Below are positions 25,560 through 31,520 of a DNA stretch of 31,520 nucleotides, one piece after another. The first letter of the stretch is position 1. Each line of letters starts with the position of its first letter. The notes below the pieces were generated by a model. It worked only from the letters and a program-made list of their open reading frames with translations. It did no database searches and was not told where the DNA came from. The translations under genes were made by a program, and so were the position numbers. This stretch comes from a virus (lineage: Duplodnaviria; Heunggongvirae; Uroviricota; Caudoviricetes). Location of the stretch: the IMG/VR virus record IMGVR_UViG_2917870735_000002. One strand, written 5' to 3'.

Positions 25560-27262
25560 TGATGAAACCAGTAAAACGCCTATACCTTTCAACGGATGAA
25601 GTTCACCTGGTGGATGCCAGCCTGGTACTGGAGCTGAACAGCTGCGGCCGGGGCTTCATCACCGCAGAGACAACAACCGATTACACCGGAAAACTGGTGA
25701 GGCTGGATGTGGGGTATACCGAACTGCTTTTGCGCTGGTTTACGGGGTATGTGGAGCGATCGCAGCCCGCTGAAAACGGTTTTCAGCGTCTGTTCATTCG
25801 TGAGTTGGCAGGTGTGTTTGAAAGGATGTGGCCATGTTCGTTTCAACACCCGACTTTGCGTGAAATTGCGGTCTGGTTGGAAGAAAATAGCGGGATCACG
25901 GTCAGTGTGCCTGACGCACAGTACAGCGATACCCCTATCCCACATTTTACCCATAACGGTACTGGTTATCAGTTGCTGAACAATCTGGGAAGGGCGTTCA
26001 GTATCCAGGATTACATCTGGTACCAGTTTCCTGATGGTTCGCTTTACGTCGGTGGCGCAGAAAAGTCATTGTTTGCCGGTCGTCCCGTAGAAATCCCATC
26101 AGAATTCAGCCAGGGGGCTGCTGGCGGTAACTCTGTGACATTACCAGTGATCCAGACTATGCGGCCAGGGGTGGAGATGAACGGTGAACGCGTGACTAAG
26201 GTTCATCTGACGAATGACACGATGGCGATCACATGGATGCCGAGAAACCGCGTAACGGGTAAACCTTTGCAGAAAACACCGGCACAAAGGCAGATTGAAA
26301 GCCATTACCCTGAACTGGCATCTGGGCTTCATTTGCCAAAGATGGCCAGAGTCGTGGCGTATTCAGAGCCGGTAAAAAGCGGTAACTTTGCCGATCCCTT
26401 CCGACCACGTTACGCCGTGGACGTGCAGCTTCTTGACGCAGACGGAAACCCGGACAATCAGACACCTGTTTATTCAGCGGTGCCGTTGCCAGTACCGATG
26501 GCTGGGAATGATTCAGGTATGTTTCAGTTTCCGCCAGAAGGGACGCTGGTTGAGGTTGCATTCACGGGAGGCAGACCTGATAAACCCTTTATCAGGCAGA
26601 CGCTGCCGGATGGTACCAGCCTGCCGGACGTTAAACCCGGTGAGCAATTGCAGCAGCAGCGGGAAGAAGTATCCCAGAGGGTGACTCAGGCTGGAGACTG
26701 GGTAAGGCAGACCGATCAGACCATCAGTGAAACATCGATGGTGCGAACGGTAAAAGCCGATACGGAACAGCGCGAACTGGTCAGCCGTGAAACCGCGGTG
26801 AAAGCTACGGATAAAACTACGGTACTGGGAACCGCCATATTGCTGGCTGGAGCCATCCAGCAGGTCAGCGCCGGTGATTATAGCCAGGCGGTGAAAGGTA
26901 ACAGGCTGTCCAGTATTGAAGGAAACGAAGAAACGGACATAACAGGACTGCAGTCCACTAAAGTGGGGGGGGCTGTAGTCGTGGAGGTTGGCGAAAGCCT
27001 GACAGAGAAGATTGCAGCACTGCGTAAATCAGTAGCCACTGGAGGTCAGCAGGTCATGGGGGCAACTGTCCATATTGGCAGTGAGAGTATCAACGCCCTG
27101 ACCATGATGCTGGACACCATTGATTTACTGGAAGAGCTGGCGCAGCTATGTGCGAGCCATTCTCATCCCTCCGTTGGGATGCCAACCAATGCCGCCGCGT
27201 TCACCCAGACAGGGACGAAAGCCGGGCAGACCCGGGAAAAATACCAGGGGATTATTGCCTAA
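25559..27262 (+). CDS. putative baseplate hub / late control D-like tail protein (567 aa)
   Basis: TAATG-coupled to upstream gene; last gene of late operon as gpD is in P2; no firm motif recognised. Confidence 0.4.
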   Translation: MMKPVKRLYLSTDEVHLVDASLVLELNSCGRGFITAETTTDYTGKLVRLDVGYTELLLRWFTGYVERSQPAENGFQRLFIRELAGVFERMWPCSFQHPTLREIAVWLEENSGITVSVPDAQYSDTPIPHFTHNGTGYQLLNNLGRAFSIQDYIWYQFPDGSLYVGGAEKSLFAGRPVEIPSEFSQGAAGGNSVTLPVIQTMRPGVEMNGERVTKVHLTNDTMAITWMPRNRVTGKPLQKTPAQRQIESHYPELASGLHLPKMARVVAYSEPVKSGNFADPFRPRYAVDVQLLDADGNPDNQTPVYSAVPLPVPMAGNDSGMFQFPPEGTLVEVAFTGGRPDKPFIRQTLPDGTSLPDVKPGEQLQQQREEVSQRVTQAGDWVRQTDQTISETSMVRTVKADTEQRELVSRETAVKATDKTTVLGTAILLAGAIQQVSAGDYSQAVKGNRLSSIEGNEETDITGLQSTKVGGAVVVEVGESLTEKIAALRKSVATGGQQVMGATVHIGSESINALTMMLDTIDLLEELAQLCASHSHPSVGMPTNAAAFTQTGTKAGQTREKYQGIIA

Positions 27263-27316
27263 TGCTGACACTCACATGATAAGTTGAAACGTTCTGGACT
27301 TGCTGATAGCAGTATT

Positions 27317-27913
27317 TCAGTTGTTGTGTAGTTCAAGATAGTTAGAGGTGGAGTGCGTATCAAGCGGTAGTAGTTGTGCGGCTCTGCGGGTTATAAAGAC
27401 ACTATTGGCAGGAATGTTTCGGTTAACGAATGACATAGCACCAATTGTCACATTATCACCAATGGTCAGATCATCACCGATGATGCATGAATTTGCGCCA
27501 ATCTCGACATTGTCTCCGATCCTGATGGCTTTGATTCCTTCAACTGTTTTTAATCCAATCGTTGTGTTTTGTCGGATACGAACATTTTTTCCAATCACAG
27601 CCTGGGGACAAATGACTATTCCAACGAAGTGATAAATTTTGAATTTTTCCCCGATCTGTGCCCCCAATCCAATATCAGTATTGTATTTTGAAACAAGTCT
27701 CCGGTGGATTCTTCGTGCCCACTTAATACTTGATTTCCCTCCCTGACAGTAAAGGCAATTCGCTATCCTCCACCAACACATGAATCTGTGTCCGGGTTGT
27801 CTCCAGCAACGTAGTATGATTCTCCTCCAGGAGAAATTTTTACTGCTGTGCAGTATGTCCGCGCACAACAACTTCTTCATATCCTCATAATGCGACTTTT
27901 TGTTGTTGCTCAT
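27317..27913 (-). CDS. hexapeptide-repeat acetyltransferase, serine acetyltransferase (CysE)/WcaB-like
   Basis: 198 aa; ATG 27913 with AGGGAGA upstream. Helical N-terminus (HRFMCWWRIANCLY) then left-handed beta-helix repeats (DIGLGAQIGEKFKIYHFVGIVICPQAVIGKNVRIRQNTTIG ... IGDNVEIGANSCIIGDDLTIGDNVTIGAMSFV) paralleling the CysE core pattern. AT-rich; convergent with the last tail gene. Confidence 0.75.
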   Translation of the reverse strand: MSNNKKSHYEDMKKLLCADILHSSKNFSWRRIILRCWRQPGHRFMCWWRIANCLYCQGGKSSIKWARRIHRRLVSKYNTDIGLGAQIGEKFKIYHFVGIVICPQAVIGKNVRIRQNTTIGLKTVEGIKAIRIGDNVEIGANSCIIGDDLTIGDNVTIGAMSFVNRNIPANSVFITRRAAQLLPLDTHSTSNYLELHNN

Positions 27914-27928
27914 AAATTATTCTCCCTA

Positions 27929-27945
27929 ATAATCCTGAGGATTAT
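27929..27945. promoter_or_regulatory. 17-bp perfect palindrome ATAATCCTGAGGATTAT adjoining the acetyltransferase RBS
   Basis: 8-bp arms around a central G, verified base by base; 16-32 bp upstream of the start codon at 27913. Confidence 0.45.
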
Positions 27946-28466
27946 CGTACATGAGAATGATCTGATTTTCTGCTAACAACATTAAGTTATGTGGTCGGAA
28001 CTGATAATTGGCTACTTAATCCCAAATAATTAGTTGAATTACTAACAAAACATCTTTCTTATCTTGTCATAGATGTCGGCAGAGGGATTATTAACCCTTT
28101 AATAACAAACCTAACTTGGTCACTAAGTATAAAAGAACAGAATTGTAGCGTTGCGCTGGTATGGTGATATGGCGACAAAATAAATCCTTTGCAGACAAAA
28201 ACGGCGCTACACCGCACCCGCCTGCGGTTTCTGGATCTGGAAAATTTTTCAGTTTTATTTTTTTACAAACAGCACCGCCAGACCGCGCCACGGTTGGCTG
28301 CTTGCCAAAGAACAGGAACTGAAAAGATTGAAAAGAATTTCAGCATTTTTCAGTTTAGAGGATCTGTAAAGGATCTAAGTGGAAAGGCAAGCAATTGAAA
28401 TATAATAATAAATTTTATATTTGTGGAGTGGAGAAGATCAAATGTCGAAGGCAATGTGTAGGAGGA

Positions 28467-28499
28467 AAAACCCGCAATGCCAGTTGTGGTGCGGGTTTT
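28467..28499 (-). terminator. rho-independent terminator-like hairpin (10-bp stem AAAACCCGCA/TGCGGGTTTT, 13-nt loop)
   Basis: Perfect stem verified; on the minus strand the stem ends in UUUU followed by UCCUCC; about 70 bp downstream of the minus-strand 122-aa gene. Confidence 0.55.
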
Positions 28500-28566
28500 A
28501 GGGGGATTAGATTAAATTCAGAAAGTGAAATTAGCATACCTATACTTTAAGTGCGCCAATAGGTAA

Positions 28567-28935
28567 TCAATTTTCATCAATATGACTTTCGTTTTCATCT
28601 TTGTACCATGTGGGCAAATTATCTGTAATTTGTTCATTAATTACATTTTGAGTGTCAGCAGGTAGCAGTTTAAAAATCTCAAAAATAAAGTTTGATATTT
28701 CAACTTTTACATCAGCAGTAGGGCCATAAAAATCATCTTTAACATAATCCCATTTATGCTTTATTAAAGTTGATTCTGGATATTGTATTTTGACTAAGCC
28801 AATTTGTTTGTAAATCCAATTTATGGCGCTATCTGCTCCAGAGAAGGCCTCATTACCGCTATTAATAAATGGCCCAACATCATAGACACGTTTAGTGTTA
28901 TTATCTAAAACTCTTACATAACAATTGGTTGCCAT
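28567..28935 (-). CDS. hypothetical small acidic protein (122 aa)
   Basis: ATG 28935 with AAGGTGG upstream; 15 bp after the 104-aa gene on the same strand; AT-rich; acidic C-terminus. Confidence 0.6.
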   Translation of the reverse strand: MATNCYVRVLDNNTKRVYDVGPFINSGNEAFSGADSAINWIYKQIGLVKIQYPESTLIKHKWDYVKDDFYGPTADVKVEISNFIFEIFKLLPADTQNVINEQITDNLPTWYKDENESHIDEN

Positions 28936-28950
28936 ACCCCACCTTTTTTA

Positions 28951-29265
28951 TTAGCCAATGTACCGTACACGATTGCCGTTATATAATGGCCATTCGTTTA
29001 GCAAATCTCTAAGTAGTCTTTCCATGTGAGTTGCATCTTCTGCTGCATTTTTTCCAACATAGTCATTTCCACGTTGGAAAGTTTCATAACGCATTGCCAT
29101 TGATGGGGTGTTTTCTTCAAAGCCAATTGGAGACAAATCATTTATTTGTGTAACTGCTACATCGCCAGATTTAGATACCCAGAGAATATGATGACCTGCG
29201 TTATCGTCGCAAGCAGAGATTAGTTGTGAGAGTTGGCTTACTGTAGGGTTATTGTTTAAGTTCAT
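28951..29265 (-). CDS. hypothetical small protein (104 aa)
   Basis: ATG 29265 with AAGAGG 8 nt upstream; first gene of a two-gene cassette. Confidence 0.6.
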   Translation of the reverse strand: MNLNNNPTVSQLSQLISACDDNAGHHILWVSKSGDVAVTQINDLSPIGFEENTPSMAMRYETFQRGNDYVGKNAAEDATHMERLLRDLLNEWPLYNGNRVRYIG

Positions 29266-29474
29266 TTAAATACCTCTTTTAATAAGATTTAGTTATAACG
29301 TAAAACAAGCCACAAATTGATTATCTATCCTCATAGGCTGCATATCAACTTTAGATTTTAGGCGGTGTGGATCGTGGTAAGCCAGAGATTATAGAGATAA
29401 GCCCGCTTGTAAGAACTGGCGCGGGCTGCACGTAAATTTATGAAATCTTCACAACTGAAATTTGTTCAGCGAAA

Positions 29475-30101
29475 TTACAGCACTGTTTCTGCGGAACGGG
29501 ACGCTTCTTTTGTCGCATTGCCAGTGATAAAAGGCTGCTTTTCCTGATATTCCGACTGCGGTAGTTTGGATGTATACACTGGCGTGATCTTGTTTTTATA
29601 AACGGTGTCACTGGGGATGTTCTGAAGCACCAGTGAATGCGCACCAATGGTGACATTGTTTCCGATTGTAATCTTGCCGCCCAGAATGGACGAGTTACAG
29701 CCAATATCAACATGATCACCAATGATTATCATTGCGTCGACACTGTCGGTGCGTAACCCTATGGTGATGCCTTGCTTCAGGTCGGCGAAATCACCAATCA
29801 CGCAATTGTCAGTAATGACAATACCGTTCAAATGAGCAATGTTTAACCCCTTGCCGATTTTGCACGACAGAGAAATATCAACGCTGTGCCGGTACTTGAG
29901 GCGGTTTTCAATTCTGCGGGCAATGCGCTTTTTGAACTTACTATTCTGGCCATAGAGCCATGAAGCAATACGCCACCAGAACAGGAAGTGCTTCTTCTGG
30001 TTGCGTCGGGTACGAAGTAACGCTTTACGCCATGAAAAGGCTTTGTCATGGCCAATGACTTCAAGGCGGATACATTCTTTACGATGGTCGTAGGAAGTCA
30101 T
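29475..30101 (-). CDS. hexapeptide-repeat acetyltransferase, CysE/WcaB-like (divergent paralog of 27317..27913)
   Basis: 208 aa; shares N-terminal motif (FSWR..., WWRIASWLY) and beta-helix repeats (IGDFADLKQGITIGL ... IGDHVDIGCNSSILGGKITIGNNVTIGAHSLV) with the other acetyltransferase. Confidence 0.75.
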   Translation of the reverse strand: MTSYDHRKECIRLEVIGHDKAFSWRKALLRTRRNQKKHFLFWWRIASWLYGQNSKFKKRIARRIENRLKYRHSVDISLSCKIGKGLNIAHLNGIVITDNCVIGDFADLKQGITIGLRTDSVDAMIIIGDHVDIGCNSSILGGKITIGNNVTIGAHSLVLQNIPSDTVYKNKITPVYTSKLPQSEYQEKQPFITGNATKEASRSAETVL

Positions 30102-30210
30102 GATTAGTCATCCTGACAGAATATTATAGGTACTTGAAATTATGCTTCCATTTGATTGCTAATGGAAGAGAATGGCCATATTTTGAATTTTATAAAAAAT
30201 ATGAGGGAGT

Positions 30211-30245
30211 ATCACCCTTACCACTCATGGAGTGGTAAGGGTGAT
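30211..30245. repeat. 35-bp inverted repeat ATCACCCTTACCACTC-atg-GAGTGGTAAGGGTGAT (16-bp perfect arms)
   Basis: All 16 pairs verified; between the 411-aa gene stop (30285) and acetyltransferase 2 start (30101). On the minus strand a T6 run lies about 10 nt after the stem. Confidence 0.8.
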
Positions 30246-30284
30246 TGAACTAAGTAAATATTGTAGAATAATCGAGCTAAAGTT

Positions 30285-31520
30285 TTAGAGGTGAAACCAA
30301 GAATAAGTAGCTTCATCTTTTTCAAAAATATACTGTATATGTAATTCAACTAACCAGAGACTAACTATTTTAAGCGTAAGTTTATTACATAAATGAATAT
30401 ACCTTGTATAACTTATTTCTCTTTCAGCTCCTGTACCCCCACTTTTGTATCGAACAGATTCTCCATCATGCCATATTGATGCGTGATGCGAGCCATTCCT
30501 AATTGTAGATTCTAAATCATCTTCACAAAAGGCGGTAAATAATTCATTGTCTTTAAATGGATTTATCTTTCCTTCTTTATTAACATCTTTTATATATTTG
30601 TTTAGTGTCATTGTTTTGAATTGATCAAAACTCCTTCCATTAATAATGTTATTAATGCAGGCTAATATTGTCATGTTAGATGTTAAAGTTTCATAAGCAT
30701 CACCATAGTAATTACGGATTTTATCAAAGTTTTTTGAACTGATGATTTTGGTGTCAATTTCATCGTTGTTTATTCTTGCGTAATATATTAGTTGGCCAAA
30801 ATGATCTCGACGAGACATGAAGTCTGATATGATGTTTATATATCTTTGTTGATTTTCAACCTGTAGGTTTTGTTTATAAAATTTATAGAAATCGTCCAGT
30901 AATCCATTTTTTTTAAGCTCGTCAATTTCTAGCTTTATAGGTTCGGCAATGTCATGAACACGAGGGTAGAAAAGCCAATCTAAAAACTCATAACTAATTG
31001 AAGTGAAAGAGTACATTGAATCCTTTTTGTAAAGAGGTAATTCTTCATTTCGTGACTGCATGTATAATTTTGCTGTACGCTGTGCTTTTTCTATTTCCCC
31101 ATTGTTAATAAGTTTTGCAATGGATTTTAAATAAGCCCATTTTGACGGAGCGTTAGGAATATCAAATTGGTGTGAAATGCTGATAATTCTTTGTCCAGGT
31201 GGCATCCTCATATGCTTATGGAGCATGCTCGTTAACTCAAGGGATGGGAAAGTTGTTGGTGAATGAATTTCATCTTTGTCGAAAGCACAAGCTGGGTGAA
31301 AATTAACTACTTTATGTTCTAAGCTATATTCAACAATAATACAATTTTCTTCAACTTGAATGTAAGCGCTGGGGGGAATAGCTTTTACAGCAAAAACAAT
31401 TGGCATATTACATTCAAAACAATCCATGAAATGCTTTTGATATTTATCAATTCCGACCCCAACCCTTACACGATAAATAGCGTTACATGACTGACATTGG
31501 ATGCTATTACCGATTACCAT
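30285..31520 (-). CDS. hypothetical Cys-rich protein (at least 411 aa); zinc-ribbon-like N-terminus; 5' end at window edge
   Basis: ORF runs to the last base; first ATG is at 31520-31518 so the true start may lie outside. N-terminus has CQSC-x22-CFEC spacing; very AT-rich; no recognisable catalytic motif. Confidence 0.6.
   Translation of the reverse strand: MVIGNSIQCQSCNAIYRVRVGVGIDKYQKHFMDCFECNMPIVFAVKAIPPSAYIQVEENCIIVEYSLEHKVVNFHPACAFDKDEIHSPTTFPSLELTSMLHKHMRMPPGQRIISISHQFDIPNAPSKWAYLKSIAKLINNGEIEKAQRTAKLYMQSRNEELPLYKKDSMYSFTSISYEFLDWLFYPRVHDIAEPIKLEIDELKKNGLLDDFYKFYKQNLQVENQQRYINIISDFMSRRDHFGQLIYYARINNDEIDTKIISSKNFDKIRNYYGDAYETLTSNMTILACINNIINGRSFDQFKTMTLNKYIKDVNKEGKINPFKDNELFTAFCEDDLESTIRNGSHHASIWHDGESVRYKSGGTGAEREISYTRYIHLCNKLTLKIVSLWLVELHIQYIFEKDEATYSWFHL

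Larger units (their letters stand above)
130..27262. mobile_element. P2/186-family temperate phage genome (prophage core); ends not defined
   Basis: Contiguous integrase, CI-type repressor, Cox/Apl and CII-like regulators, rolling-circle initiator A, Ogr zinc finger, Q/P/O/N/M/L head genes, lysis cassette and a full contractile-tail gene set. Boundaries are approximate; no att core or cos site identified. Confidence 0.85.

Noticed and set aside
28091-28398. Two overlapping opposite-strand ORFs (28091..28291 minus, 28189..28398 plus) in the intergenic region of the island
   Set aside because: No convincing ribosome-binding sites, mutually overlapping, and a GC-rich patch there (28150-28310) looks more like a non-coding remnant than a gene.
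27959-28438. Five GATC (Dam) sites in the non-coding stretch upstream of acetyltransferase 1, including two spaced 11 bp apart (28361 and 28372), as a possible Dam/OxyR phase-variation switch like gtr operons
   Set aside because: The count is not clearly above chance for about 550 bp, the sites are 300-450 bp from the start codon, and no OxyR half-site pattern could be recognised by eye.
29410-29437. Hairpin AGCCCGC-N14-GCGGGCT between acetyltransferase 2 and the 104-aa gene
   Set aside because: 7-bp stem with a long loop and no adjacent U-tract on either strand; too weak to call a terminator.
1-31520. Search for tRNA, rRNA, CRISPR arrays, IS elements or transposases
   Set aside because: No cloverleaf-like conserved tRNA motifs near the integrase, no short regularly spaced direct repeats, and no transposase-like ORF were seen; integration target therefore unidentified.

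Overview
The window is almost entirely one temperate tailed-phage genome (prophage) of the P2/186 family, about 27 kb, followed by a roughly 4.2 kb AT-rich accessory island on the opposite strand. Left to right: a 42-aa ORF; a leftward lysogeny operon (186-type CI repressor, an AT-rich cargo gene with a PH-like domain and SHOCT-type C-terminus, P2-family integrase); a rightward early operon (Apl/Cox-like, CII-like, five small unknown ORFs, rolling-circle replication initiator A); an Ogr/Delta zinc-finger late activator; leftward portal Q and large terminase P; then a long rightward late operon (scaffold O, capsid N, small terminase M, head completion L, virion morphogenesis, putative sheath and tube, a holin/M15 endolysin/i-spanin/o-spanin lysis cassette, chaperone with a predicted -1 frameshift, tape measure in two ORFs, baseplate, tail fibre with tandem His-box repeats, tail fibre assembly, three distal tail genes). 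The lysis cassette sitting inside the tail module is, as I recall it, an HP1-like rather than P2-like order. The most promising candidates for an undescribed system are the terminal island (two divergent CysE/WcaB-like hexapeptide acetyltransferases, a coupled pair of small proteins, a Cys-rich 411-aa protein running to the window edge, strong palindromes) and the cargo gene between cI and int. No tRNA, rRNA, CRISPR array or transposase was seen, and att and cos sites could not be fixed. All calls rest on reading the supplied translations and sequence; no searches were run.
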